DNA of 63,522 nt, filler included, from Chiloscyllium plagiosum (GCF_004010195.1; 3 parts of one record of this genome joined end to end with filler, not necessarily neighbours in it); one strand, 5' to 3'; positions 12,420 through 25,070 are shown, counted from the first letter of the whole stretch. Numbers and translations: made by a program. The notes: generated by a model not told the origin, from the sequence alone.

Positions 12420-13900
12420 GGCTTTACTTCTACTGCAATCTGTTCTACCTCATTAAATTCTCTGTTAAATAACTTCCAGACTTTTACATCATTCTCCCTC
12501 TCAATGGCTTTATCAAGAATCTTCTGATGCCGAAAAAATTTGACAAAGACTCATCAGTTCCAACAATGGTTCTGTCTCTTCTAAATACTAACATTAATTC
12601 TCCATAGTCACATTTTGTTTATTAATCTGTAGAGGTCATTCATAAAATTATTTATGGTTTCCCTTGAAGCTAAGTTAATTGTGATAAACTTGAAGGATTT
12701 GATTTGATGTATTTTGCTTCTTTAATGCTTTGGCATGCTATAACATCATTATCTATCGTCTAATTGGGTACAAAAGTGTATTTACTCATTCAACTTTTGA
12801 TTTAATAGCTAGTTTAGAACAATTTTTCTATCTTACAAATTATTTTGTCTACTATTTGACCCATCTCTGAAACTAAATCTTCCTGGCAATGCTCCTATAC
12901 CTCTAATGTGATAATTAATTTTATTTGCTTTCAAGGTTCTTAGTTTGCAGTATAGCAATATTGTTATTGTATATTGCTGTACTAGAGGCATTACCAATGT
13001 TTGTGTGCTCAACTTGGAGGATCCCACATTATACAGCTAAAATGGAAGATCTGACAATTTGAGTCAAATAGGTTATCTTGTTGTGCAGTTTTTCTAGATG
13101 AATCCTGCTAACAACATTATTAATGGCTCTATAAAATGAACTTTATTCTTCATAGCTCTATAAAATTAATCCTGTTCCTTTAATAGATTTCCTTTGACAA
13201 TTCCCGATGTCTGTGGTAATATTAATAAATCCCTTTGCATCTTATTTTATTCTTGGAAGAAAGTAAAACATTTGTCAGTTTAAATAAGTCTTTCTTGCCT
13301 TTACCCTAGTTTAGGTATTGTGTATCCAGCCTATTCTGCAGTCTCAGTAGTCTTCTAACTTTCTTTTGTCAGTTAAATTTTGTCTGCTTAGGTTTCTAAT
13401 TTGCCCTTTTTTCACTTTAATTATGGCTTCACAATGTCCCCAGGTCCATGGCCTCATTTTAAATTGTTTCCGTGGCCCTTTGTTTCCCTACCAATGTTGT
13501 AGTTGCCTCACAGTGACTAAGGAATTTCCAACACTCTCCTGCAGCCACATGTTCCTATCAGGTCAGAAATGTGTTTACCGTGGCTTGTAGATTCTGCCGT
13601 ATTGAGTTTTGCCATAAGGGTTTCTTCTGCAGGGTTCTCAAACATTCAACTGTTTCTGCTACTGACTGTCTGCTCAAACAGTGTTCTTGAAGCTGTGTCT
13701 GAAGAATCTTCAGACCTCCGCGGCTGTTAGCATTTTGTGTACATCAGCCAAATGGCTTTTATATCATTTGTCACTGTGTTGTAAGATGAGTCCTCATAGC
13801 AACTCATGGTAAGACCTATTAGTTAGATTTGCCACAACCATGCTTGTTCCTGGTAGGGATCCAGGAAATGTGGATCCAGTGTTGTACAGAAAAAAACACT
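12420..13900 (-). mobile_element. Highly degenerate Gypsy LTR-retrotransposon internal relic (integrase)
   Basis: One frame reads RKTYLN*QMFYFLPRIK*DAKGFI..CQRK..SFYRAINNVVSRI; ORF 12833-13027 has LRTLKANKI..ALPGRFSFRDGSN; these resemble integrase Zn-binding and rve motifs. Confidence 0.5.
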
Positions 13901-15319
13901 TGGTAGTCTAATGAGAACATGCTCTTGCCTTAAACATATGTACTTCATTGCATGGTAGCAACTCTCTACAAGTTACATTACTATGATGGACATCTTTACT
14001 GAAACTATGAGGGAGACCTTGATGTTAGGTCCCATTTCTTTAAGAACCAAAGCCTTTCCCTACTCAGGTCCATGTGACATCATTATATTGGTCAGTGCTT
14101 AATACAGTCCTCAACTTTAACTCTTTCGGGCCCTCAAAACCTTCAAAATTACAGACTTTCAATCAGAAAAGAAGTTGGACTGTTCACTTTCAATCCAAGG
14201 TGTTATAGTTTACTACAAGTATTTGTTATCTACAGGACTGTAAAGCTGTTTCTGCCTTTAAAGTTTTGCTTTCAGTCAATGCTTTGATAGCAGCACTAAT
14301 GGACATTCTTGTTTTTTCACTTCATCTGGTGTGTTTATATCTTGTTGCTTTTTTGTGATAATTAGGCATACAGAATGTGCAGCTCATGATGCAGAAAAGA
14401 CTCCTCCACCCTAATTATAACTGTGGATAGGCTGAAAGGTCATTTTTAATTATAGTAATTTTTGTGTTCACTGGAGCAAACCTGCTGCAGTCAGATATTA
14501 AAGATAACTGGGGTTCGGAGATGTAACAAGAATACTGTTCTGTTTGTCAAAGCTTTTAGAAATTAAAAAAAAAACACAGAAGTCGATATGTCTTGCATAG
14601 CTTAAAACACAGTTAGAAAGTCGAGTTAATTATTAAACTCCAAAATTGCAAGACCACTATCAAGATATGTGTTTGTGATGACAGCTACAGTTGGAAAGAC
14701 TTTTTCAGATTCGTTTTCTAAATTAACAAGATTTTTTTTCACTCCCAGGAAATTGTAGGTTTCTGTTGGCTTGGTGTGGGGGTGGGAGAATTGAAGTGAT
14801 GATGTGCAGAGATTATAACATGCCAAACACCTTAGGACATTTTATTCCATTATTGATTCTATGTAAGTGCAAGCTGTTGTTGTGACTATGTTAGTGTGGA
14901 CATGGTATTTTGTGTTTTTATATGTTTATATGTTCACATTCTGAATTCTGTCCTTAAACTAATTTGCTTCCAATAACCCATCGTCCAAAACCAAATTGCT
15001 TTAACCTCGCCTTTAATGACTTGCCCCCAATCCTTACCCCAATCCTGATCAATGTGTTTTATTTTTATTATCTTTGGTGAGGTACGTAAGGTGCATTTAC
15101 AATGCAAAAAGTATCATACAAAGTAATTATTGTTGGAAAATCAGAGTAAGGTCCCAAAAGAACTTTAACATTTGAAACAAAGCAAAATATCTCAAAAATA
15201 TCCTGCGGTTTCCCTCATGTTTAACTGGAGGATGATTGGATGAGTATTACTCAAAATAACGCAAGCTTGAGCGGAAGAAGAGAATTGCTCTCTCATTAGA
15301 AAGAGAGAGAGAGAGAGAT

Positions 15320-15470
15320 GGCACGTGGCAAGTTTAATCTGAGGATCACCAAGTTAAGGCGCAAGATTGAGAAGGCAGGACCTTCATGGTAACCTCAGCT
15401 GGTGCAAGAATTGAACCCGTGCTGTTGGTATCACTCTGCATTGCAAATCTACCATGTGAGATAACTGACT
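15320..15470 (-). mobile_element. Short tRNA-derived SINE fragment next to an (AG)n run
   Basis: B-box-like gggttcaattc on the minus strand; (ag)n at about 15298-15318. Confidence 0.4.
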
Positions 15471-16617
15471 CCTAGTGACCTCTGGTAATAAACCGCATTA
15501 ATTCAATATGTATTGTTAATTCAAATCTATTTTGACACCATCAACAGAAGTCTTGGGAAAATGCATTGGTAAGGAATAATTTAAAATGGGGAAACAAAAT
15601 CAACTGGAATACTTTTAAAGCCCATTTGACAGAATGAAAAGAAAATTGTATTTATTTTAAGAAAAGTGTACTGCAGGATGAAGCCATTAAAAGCGAGGTT
15701 CAATGTATATAGATGTATATATTGATGTTTTAACATGTTAGTTCCTAGAGGAATATTTTGATTCCCAGAAATTAACTCCTTGGACAGGGTGTGGTTGCAT
15801 TGCTTTGAAAAAAATTCTTCAGGAGGTCAGGACATGAGGTAGTCCTGAACTGCCAGCAGGTTCCTCTTGTATAGTGTGTTATTTGATCATATGCATTCTG
15901 CTAGTTATGTAGGAACCTCTGGCCTGGATGTCTCATTCCCCACGATAACATTAATGCTTTTGTTTGGAGTGAGTGAATGCAAGACCTTGAACAAAGTTGT
16001 ACTCTTTCTATCACTGTCCCATTAATATCACAGCAGATTTGTCAGAAGGTTCAGATTATCAGCACCATTGTGGCTAGTAAAGTTCTGTGGGAAACTGTCT
16101 TGGCATTCTTGCTGTTTGTGAGTAAGTGGTAACAGGATGCCTGCTGTAGTAGTTTTAACTGCATACCGTCAATAAGCCATGTGAGCAAAAGATCAGTAGG
16201 ACAGAAATGTCTGTCTTTAAAAAGATTAAACTAATTATGTCATTGGCTGATGTGTGGTAGGTAGATGTTAATATGGAAATTGAATGCAAGAATGATTAAA
16301 CCCATTCTTGTGCAGGCTAATGAATAACAAGTCTATTAAACCTATTCACACTGCATGCACGCAAAGGCTTTTTATTAAACTGACACAACTATTAAATTCA
16401 GTCACTCTCGTTGCATCATGGAGTTGGTGCAGCGTGTTCAGGCAGTCAACATTGTAATGAACCGTGACATCAGTAAGCACGAAATCCAGACTATGTGTAT
16501 AATTCCACGATATTGTAGCCATGTAAATATTTAGTGTTATAAATAAACTTCATAGTATCAGACTCAACAAATTCCTGAATCTTCATTTGTATGTTGTTAT
16601 ATGTTACGTATGCTAAC

Positions 16618-17090
16618 TTCTGGATATAAGTTTGCTCGCTGAGCTGGAAGGTTTGTTTTCAGATGTTTCATCACCATACTAGGTAACATCATCAGTGGGA
16701 GTCTCTGATGAAGCACTAGTGGTGTGGCCCACTTTTTATTTATATATTTAGGTTTCCTTGGGTTGGTAACACCATTTCTTGTGGTGCTGTCATTTCCCGT
16801 TCTTTTTCTCAGGATGTGGTAAATGGGATCCAAGTCAATGTGTTTGTTGGTAGAGTTCAGGTTAGAATGCCATGCTTCCAGGAACTCTCATGCTTGTCTC
16901 TGTTTGGCTTGTACTAGGATGGATGTGTTGTCCCAGTCGAAGTAGTATCTTTCTGCATCTGTATATAAAGGTACTAGTGAGACTGGGTCATGTCTATTTG
17001 TTGCTAGTTGATGTTCATGTATCCTGGTGGCTAGTTTTCTGCACTGATCTACATCCAGAATCCCAACCTGAGCTACAAATCCTCTCAAAA
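16618..17090 (-). mobile_element. PLE family C (Poseidon-like) 3' fragment with inverted terminal piece
   Basis: RKLATRIHEHQ..FDWDNTSIL endonuclease C-terminus; right end caacctgagctacaaatc is the + terminus also seen near 63155-63190. Confidence 0.85.
16662..16695 (-). ncRNA. Minimal hammerhead ribozyme motif (PLE family C)
   Basis: Reverse complement CTGATGA-T-GTTACC-tagtat-GGTGAT-GAAAC-ATC. Confidence 0.65.
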
Positions 17091-17729
17091 CATGTTAATT
17101 TCTAGAAACCCACAAACACAGGTCTGACATCCCATGCATTGTTCATCTAAAATATATTGATCCTCATAATGGACAGCTGAAACTTTTTCATCATAATAAC
17201 AGATGAACCTTATATGATCAGTCTGCCAGCATGCACAATTCTAATATTGTTATAATTAATGAGGAAGGGAGGTGTGAATTAGTGGCAATGTCAGTGAGCA
17301 AGCAGTTCTGAAACCCCAGCCAACATTTAGGGGCTCTTGTGACACAGTGATAGTGTCCCTACCCCTGGACTAGAGGTCCTATCTTTATCAGACATGTCAA
17401 AACATGACTCAATGGATTGTTTTAAAATATCTACAATTGATGAGATAACAGAGCCACAAGTTGCACACGCCAGAGATTCCTAACTGCAACATCCATCCCA
17501 TGCATTTTGGTCACAGCCATGCAGAGCAGATCCAAGGGGTGATCTATGAAATAACAAGCAAATAAAATTTGATTGATGAAGAGAGAGAATAAAACAAAAG
17601 GATTTCTATCATCAGACCTTTAAAAGGAAACATAATTTCATGATTCCAGAGCAGCTTCCACCTTCTGTGGATGGAGGGTTATAAGTGCAACTGTATTATG
17701 CAATAAAGGAAGGACAGAGATGAATTACC

Positions 17730-18890
17730 CTTAACTGGCTACGATCCCAAGATGCTGGTACACTGGTGCACTGACCAGTGGTGTAAACTTTATGATTATT
17801 AAACTTACGGGTTGGTAAGCTATAATCAGTGGGATACACAATGATCTAGGGTTGTAACTGTATACAATCTCTATCAATGATTTTGGTGGGGATGAGTGTG
17901 AAATATCTAAGTTTGCTAACAATGCAAAGTTAAGTGACAAATCTTGTGAAGAACATACAAAGAGGGTATGGAGGGACATAAAGTATGTTAAGTGAAAAGA
18001 TAGGAACTGAGGATGGAAGTTAATGTGATGAAATGTACACCACTCACTTTGTGGGAACAAAATGAAAGCTGTTTTTTATTGAAAATGGTGAGAAGCTGGG
18101 AAATGTTTGTATTCAGATGGAACTAGGTGATTTCTATACTTCTCACAGAAAGTTAACTTCTCGTTCCTGGAAACAATTATAACAATAAAGGTTATGTTAA
18201 ATCATGAAGGGGTTGTAATAAAAGTGAAAAAGACTTTCTGAAGCCAAATAGGAACTTGGTGAGACCACAAGTGGAGGAATATGAACAGTTTTTGTTATGA
18301 CCTAGTGAAGGAGATTTTACAATGAAGAGTCATAAAGAGAAGGTTGTCTGATAAAGTCATTAGATTAGATTAGCTTCCCTATAGTATGGAAAAAGGCCCT
18401 TCAGCCCAACAAGGCCACACCGACCTTCTGGAGAGTAACCCACCCAGACCCATTCCCCTACCTTATATTTACTCCTGACATTGCAATTTAGCATGACCAA
18501 TTCCCCTAACCTGCACATCTTTGGACAGTGGGAGGAAACTGGAGCACCCAGAGGAAACTCACGCAGACACGGGGCAAATGTGCAAACGCCACACAGACAG
18601 TCATCCAAGATGGGAATCAAACCCAGGTCCCTGGTGCTATGAGGTAGACTTGCTAACCACTGAGCCACCATGCCATGTATTGAGGAGAAATGTGATGAAT
18701 AGAAATGTATTTTCTCAAAGAGTTTTTGAATGCTTGAAATTCTGTATGCCCCAAAGGCCTGAAAATGCTTATTCAAGACAATGTTAGATAATATTTCTTG
18801 GAAAGTGATATTGGGTTGGAGCAAGTCAAGTTGACATAAACATTCAGCCATCATTTAATGGAATGAGTTTCCATCTGCTCCTATTTCTTA
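17730..18890 (+). mobile_element. Old CR1 RT/3' fragment interrupted by an HE1 SINE
   Basis: ISKFANNAKL (decayed ISKFADDTKL); downstream CR1-like 3' sequence. Confidence 0.65.
18359..18674 (-). mobile_element. HE1-type V-SINE
   Basis: tRNA head (ggtggctcagtggttagc), V-domain gtgtctgcgtgagtttcctctgggtgctcc, (ctaat)n tail. Confidence 0.9.
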
Positions 18891-19024
18891 TATTAACATA
18901 TTTTGTTCACCAGCTGTCCCTACTGATCAGGCTTGTTCTTCTTTTATTACAATTTGAACAGACTCTTTAATTCAATATCATTGATGCTGTGCCCTCAAAC
19001 TCTAAGTCCAGAGCATTTGCACAT

Positions 19025-19345
19025 GGCGGCAAGGTGGCTCAGTGGTTAGCACTGCTGCTTCACAGCACCGCAGTCCCAGGTTCGATTCCAGCCTTGGGTG
19101 ACTGTCTGTGTGGAGTCTGTACATTCTCCCCGGGTCTGCGTGGGTTTCCCCCGGGTGCTCCGGTTTCCTCCCACAGTCCAAAAATGTGCAGGTTAGGTGA
19201 ATTGGCCATGCTAAATTGCCCATAGTGCTAGGTGCATTTGTCAGAGGGAAATGGGTCTGGGTGGGTTACTCTTTGGAGGGTTGGTGTGGACTGGTTGGGC
19301 CGAAGGGCCTGTTTAGAAACTGTAGGGAATTTAGTCTAATCTAAT
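19025..19345 (+). mobile_element. HE1-type V-SINE, full length
   Basis: A box tggctcagtgg, B box ggttcgattcc, V-domain, CR1-like tail gggccgaagggcctgttt, ctaatctaat end. Confidence 0.92.
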
Positions 19346-19367
19346 AACTAGAGTTCCAAACTTAGAC

Positions 19368-19542
19368 AGAGATGGGTATTGCAGATGCTGGAGATTAGAG
19401 TCAAGATTAGAGTGGTGCTGGAACAACACAGCAGGTCAGGCAGCATCCGAAGAGCAGGAAATTTGACTTTTCAGGCAAAAGTCCTGATGAATGGCTTTTG
19501 CCTGAAACATGGATTTTCCTGCTCCTCAGATGCTGCCTGACA
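19368..19542. mobile_element. Fold-back mini-PLE (family A terminus in inverted arrangement) with TSD
   Basis: caggcagcatc..gagcaggaaa / tttcctgctc..gatgctgcctg arms; central ctgatga..gaaac; TSD ttccaaac(t/g)tagac at 19354-19367 and 19543-19556. Confidence 0.8.
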
Positions 19543-21105
19543 TTCCAAACGTAGACCCCTGTTGAACAACATTCACTCATCACAGCTTTCCAATTCAAAA
19601 AACAAAAATTTTCTCTTCAAAAAGCTGCTGTTTAAGATTAAAGGAATGAAGAACTTATTGTAGCCACATTGATAGAACTAAAATTATTACAGTCTTTTAA
19701 GGATTCCATTGAGATATCAGAGGGAGGAAACTGCCATAAGCAATGCATACAAAATCTGTATGCAACCACCAACTATTGTCACCACTATCTGGTGAGTGAA
19801 CATTGCAATGCACAGAAAGTTTTAAGGGTGTATGCTGTGCTTGGCACTTTTTGGAAAAGGGATATCACACCTGTTGTGGAGAAAAGTTTTAACTGTACCA
19901 GTGTTCTGACAATAGCTACCAAGCATGTGCATAATGAGCTCCATCATCTGAACATCAGATTACATGGTATTGAACCCTGGTGGAAGAAGGCACAGGAGAA
20001 ACCTTCCTCTACCATACTTACACAGAGAGTTTGTAAGTAATAATATTAACAGTCTGCAGTAACCTTGCGTTTAGCTTTCATATGTTTAGAGCTCCTAGAA
20101 GCATCAAGGATATGGGCCAAATGTTGTAAAAGAGGATTAAAATAATTAGGTGGTTGTTTTTGACCAACACAGGCTCAATATACTGAGAAGTCTTTTTCTT
20201 TGTTGTGGACCTCTGTGACTATGATATTCCTACTTCCTCATTCTTCTGGCATTATTTTCTTTGCCACAGGATTTTGAAAACCCATGGATACCATAACCAA
20301 TATTTTTTCTCCAGCTTCTCTGAGGATCCTCAATATTTCGAACAATATACTGACCTCTCTGCGTGCTATTGGCTCTTAACACAATGCACCAAGCATTATG
20401 GCAATATTTGGTATTCTAAACAAAAGGACCTTTATTGAAAAATAGCAGGAACCCAGGAGAGCTCTTCATACATATGTTCACTGTTGTTTAATACTAAATT
20501 GGACATTAATGTGCAATACTTCCTGTGACAAATATACCACTATTTGCATATTAAGCAGAGTATTATTTCTATCTGTTAAAGTACATTCATGACAAAGCCT
20601 TTGTTCTTGACACTGATTATTTATCAATAGTGAGTAATGGTGCATTCAAAAGCTATACAATAGCCTGCTACCCTGGACTTCATCCCTAAACCGGTGCTCT
20701 ATCAGCACTATTCAATAATTCCTATCTGAATGCAGCCAAAAGATTTCTAGAAATGGCTTGCCCTTCACACGAATACTGCTAGAGTACCTTGAAGGCATTT
20801 TACAATTTCTTTTCCTCAATTATGTTTTTCTGGTTATCTTTATCATTTTGTGCACTATCCTTCACTTCATTCCTTCATTGATAAATTTGTCTTCGGTCAC
20901 ATTGACCTCAATATTTGCAATGCTTTCTAAAACAAGCCCGCCTCTCCATCAGATTTTCTTTGAAATACTTCTCAGACTAAGTTTTTAGTTAATCATCATA
21001 GTCTCTTCTTCTCTGCAACCTTTTTTTATTATGTATCTATGAAATGCCTTAGGATAATTTTTATGTTCAAAGTGTTATATATGTTCAAGGTCTTATATTT
21101 GCCAC

Positions 21106-21311
21106 AGTAGTGATTATAATGAGGTCAGCTTCATAGAATATGAGTTCCCTGATTGGGGATTTTGGTCAGGTCCAAACAGGATGCCCTGGCTGACATATAA
21201 GAACAACTCTGGGACCTACCTCTGAGGAAGCTGGATCAGTGTCAAAGACTCTCTACATATAAATAAAGTGTGACTTGGTGGTGGGATACCGGCCTCTGTG
21301 GAGTTATTTCA
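21106..21311 (+). mobile_element. Solo LTR (probably Gypsy-type)
   Basis: Homologous to 47486-47707; aataaa signal; ends ttatttca; 5' TG decayed. Confidence 0.65.
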
Positions 21312-22459
21312 GACATCAATTCCATTAACTAAAAATAGTCATTCTTTGAAGTCACCCAAGAAGCTTGTAACAGGTAGAATAAATTACAAATTAGATTCAG
21401 GTTAGCATGATAGACTCAAAAATTTGCATTTGTTAGATGAGCCAATGTATTCCTCCCTCCTTCCCAAGTCAAAGAGATCTGTTTTCCAGTCTGATATTGC
21501 TGATTATCTTTATCCAAGCTTGTTCAGTTTTAGAAACACCTAAGTAAATCCTATTTTAAAATGCACAAGGCTCCTCAGAATATGTCAGCATGTAAGAGGT
21601 TAAGTTAGGCCAAAGTTCCATTATTGTGACTAATTATCAAATCGTAACATCAGATAACAAAAACATAGGACCTTTACCTAATGCAACCACTCCCCCCCCC
21701 CCCCCCCATGTTAAACAGAAATAAAAAGTAGTGTAAGTGTTTTATAATCACAGTTCTATGAACCTAGTAAAATTTCATGCAGCTGCTAGCAAAAAAAAGT
21801 CCTTAGCTCTTCAAATCTTGTAATATTATAAAGGCACATTTATCACTGCCAAGTTGTCACCCTTTAAAAAAACGGCTGGTGCACTCTCCATAGTCTGTGA
21901 GACAATGGGACTCAGTAATGCTGAGGTTATGCTGAAAATCCTGGTGTGTATGCGCTTAAACTTATCCCACAATGCAATCATATTGAAAGCACAGTAACAT
22001 CAGCATATTCTATAGTCTTACTTTATTGAGGGTGTAGGTCTGTTGCTTAGATTGATGTGATATGCAGTTTAAAACTGCATTATATAACAGTCATTTGGGC
22101 TAAATGATATGCTTTATTGGACTTAATGAAACTCCTTAAGATATATTGATATTGATTAAGATACTGAATGTAATGTATTTGAGTTTACTGTCAGTAAAAA
22201 TTCGGTACATCAAGGTGCAAGGAGAATGCAAAGATGCTCAATTGTAATAGGTGTGATCAGTCTATGACAGGAAACATAAGCTGCAAGTAATAATGGTAAA
22301 TACATTATGTATGATGGTATCAAAAAGCACTTGACCTACCATCTTCAAAGCTGCTCTCTGAACACCATAAAGGGGCAAGTATTCATTAACAAAAACAAAC
22401 AATTGGCCTGCAAGCTCGTATATTAATCTCAGTTACACGCAGATAAAATATTACTAATT

Positions 22460-22750
22460 GCATACAGTTCTGGTCACCACACTAGCAGAAGGATGTCAGT
22501 GCTTTGGAGAGGGTACAGAAAAGGTTTACCAGAATGTTGCCTGGTGTGGGGAATTTTTGCTAAGAAGAAAGGTTGGATAGACTGGGTTTGTTTTCACTGA
22601 AACACAGCAGGTTGAGGGGCGACATGATGGAAGTTTATATGATTGTGAATGGCTTGAATAGATTGGAAAGTTGAAGATTTTTCCCAGGGTGGAGGGATCA
22701 ATTACTAGGGGATGCAGGTTCCAACTGCAGTGGGGGAAGTTGAACAGAAT
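22460..22750 (+). mobile_element. CR1 3' fragment
   Basis: QFWSPH, LERVQKRFTRMLP-like sequence. Confidence 0.8.
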
Positions 22751-22754
22751 GATG

Positions 22755-22860
22755 TGGAGGTGCCGGTGTTGGACTATGGTGGACAAAGTTAAACATCACA
22801 CAACGCCAGGTTATAGTCCAATAGGTTTATTTTGAAGTACAAAGCTTTCGGAGCACTGCT
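22755..22860 (-). mobile_element. PLE family B terminus fragment
   Basis: Reverse complement of the 35221-35325 terminus; retains gctccgaaagct half of the hammerhead. Confidence 0.75.
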
Positions 22861-22887
22861 ACTGCAGTAAGTTGTTAGTGTGGGCCT

Positions 22888-22977
22888 CGATTAGAGTGGT
22901 GCTGGAAAAGCACTGCAGTTCAGGCAGCATCCGAGAAGCAGTAAAATCGACGTTTCGGGCAAAATCCCTTCATCAGG
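22888..22977 (-). mobile_element. PLE family A terminus with hammerhead motif (22949-22976)
   Basis: Reverse complement ctgatgaagggattttgcccgaaacgtcga..gatgctgcctga..ttttccagcaccac. Confidence 0.8.
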
Positions 22978-24146
22978 TAGTATGAGCTGAAGTCAGAAAT
23001 AGGAAAGGAGCAGTCACCTTGTTGGGTGTTTACTATAGGCCCCCCAATAGCAGCAGAGATGTGGAGAAACAGATTGGAAAACAGATTTTGGAAAGGTGCA
23101 GAAGCCACAGGGTAGTAGTCATGGGCGATTTCAACTTCCCAAATATTGATTGGAAGCTCTTTAGATAAAGTAAATTGGATGGGGCGGTGTTTGTGCAGTG
23201 TGCCCAGGTAGCTTTTCTAACTCAGTATGTAGATTGCCCGACCAGAAGGGAGGCCATATTGGATTTGGTACTCGGTAATGAACCAGGACAAGTGATGGGC
23301 TTGTTAGTGGGTAAACATTTTGGTGATGGTGACCGCAATTCGGTGACTTTCACCTTGGTTATGGAGAGAGATAGGAGCGTGCAACAGGGTAGGTTTTACA
23401 ACTGGGGGAAGGGTAATTACGATGCTGTAGACAGGATCTGAGGAGCATAAGTTGGGAGCATAGGCTGTCAGGGAAGGATGTGGTGGAAATGTGGAACTTT
23501 TTCAAAGAGCAGATACGACGTGGCCATGATATGTATGTACCTATCAGGCAGGAAAGAAATGGCCGTGTGAGGGAGCCTTGGTTGACGAGAGAGGTTGAAT
23601 GTCTGGTAAAGAGGAAGAAGGAGGCTTACATAAGGTGAGGAAACAGGATTCAGACAGAGCAGTGGAGGGATACAGGATAGCCAGAAGGGACCTGAAGAAA
23701 GGGAGTAGGAGAGCTAAGAGAGGGCATGAAAAATCGTTGGCGGATAGGACCAAGGATAACCCCAAGGCATTTTATGCGTATGTGAGAAACCTGAGAATGA
23801 CGAGAACGAGGGTAGGTCCGATCAAGGACAGCAGTGGGAGACTGTGTATTGAGTCGGAAGAGATAGGAGAGGTCTTGAACAAGTACTTCTCTTCAGTATT
23901 TACGAACGAGAGGGACCGTAGTGTAGAAGAGGAGAGTGTGAAATGGACTGGCAAGCTAGAAGAGATACCTGTTAGGAAGGAAGATGTGTTGGACATTTTG
24001 AACAACTTGAGGAAAGACAAGTCCCCTGGGCCTGACGGGATATATCCTAGGATTATGTGGGAAGCAAGAGAGGAAAGTGCAGTACCGTTGGCAATGATCT
24101 TCTCGTCTTCACTGGCAACGGGGATGGTACCAGGGGACTGGAGAGT
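22978..24146 (+). mobile_element. CR1 ORF2 fragment (EN to start of RT), cut by assembly gap
   Basis: MGDFNFPNIDW, AILDLVLGNEPG, DNPKAFYAYVR, KSPGPDGIYPR. Confidence 0.92.
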
Positions 24147-24246
24147 NNNNNNNNNNNNNNNNNNNNNNNNNNNNNNNNNNNNNNNNNNNNTTAATTAATT
24201 AANNNNNNNNNNNNNNNNNNNNNNNNNNNNNNNNNNNNNNNNNNNN
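24147..24246. other. Artificial contig linker N44-TTAATTAATTAA-N44
   Basis: Exactly 100 nt with a six-frame-stop 12-mer at 24191-24202; identical layout at 49631-49730. Confidence 0.95.
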
Positions 24247-24498
24247 CGCTGAAGCGCAACCCACCCATACCCCTACATCTACCCCTTACCTAACACTACG
24301 GGCAATTTAGCATGACCAATTCACCTGACCTGCACATCTTTGTGACTGTGGGAGGAAACCGGAGCACCCGGAGGAAACCCACGCAGACACGGGGAGAACG
24401 TGCAAACTCCACACAGTCAGTCGCCTGAGGCGGGAATTGAACCCGGGTCTCTGGCGCTGTGAGGCAGCAGTGCTAACCACTGTGCCACCGTGCCGCCC
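24247..24498 (-). mobile_element. HE1-type V-SINE (3' end lost in gap)
   Basis: Near-identical to 36250-36497; intact tRNA head. Confidence 0.92.
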
Positions 24499-24947
24499 AC
24501 AAACTATCTAAACACCCTCCCAACATTTACCTCTGAGGATAAAGAAGAAGAAATCAGCCGTGGTCTGTGCTGGAGAAGGGAATTATACACCAGGCAGTGA
24601 GACGCAGCAGTCAGCCAGATTGCCTGTACTTTCCTTTGTTTGTATTCTTTCTTTTCCTGTCAAAGCTACAACTAGACTTTCACTGCGCAAGACACCACTA
24701 AACTTTAAAAGAGCTGAAGAGAGAGAGGTGAATAATGAAGTAACGTTTAGTAGCTGATCGGCCATTAAATGATAACTGTTCTGTCATTGGATAGGATCCT
24801 CACCAACTATTTAACTAAAGAGGCAGGAACTCCAGCCCCTGATAAAATTCAGCCCCATGATTTGCCTGCTCTGAATGCTTCTGGTAAATTTAAATATTCA
24901 TGTGTCAAAATAACTATCTTTGCCAGTACTACATCAGATGAGGGGCC

Positions 24948-25070
24948 ACAAGACACCAGATAATAGTCCAACTGGTTTATTTGAAAGCTTGTGATTTTGA
25001 ATACAACTGTTGGACAATGACCTGGTGTTGTGTGAATTTTGACTTTGTCCACCCCAGTCCATCACCGAAA
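24948..25070. mobile_element. Fold-back mini-PLE (family B terminus)
   Basis: caccag..atagtccaac..gtttattt followed by the forward terminus gaaagcttg..ctgttggac..cctggtgttgtgtg..ccccagtcca. Confidence 0.7.

Noticed and set aside
19025..19100. tRNA genes (also other A/B-box heads, e.g. near 43530-43600)
   Set aside because: Heads run into SINE bodies or are decayed; no complete cloverleaf seen
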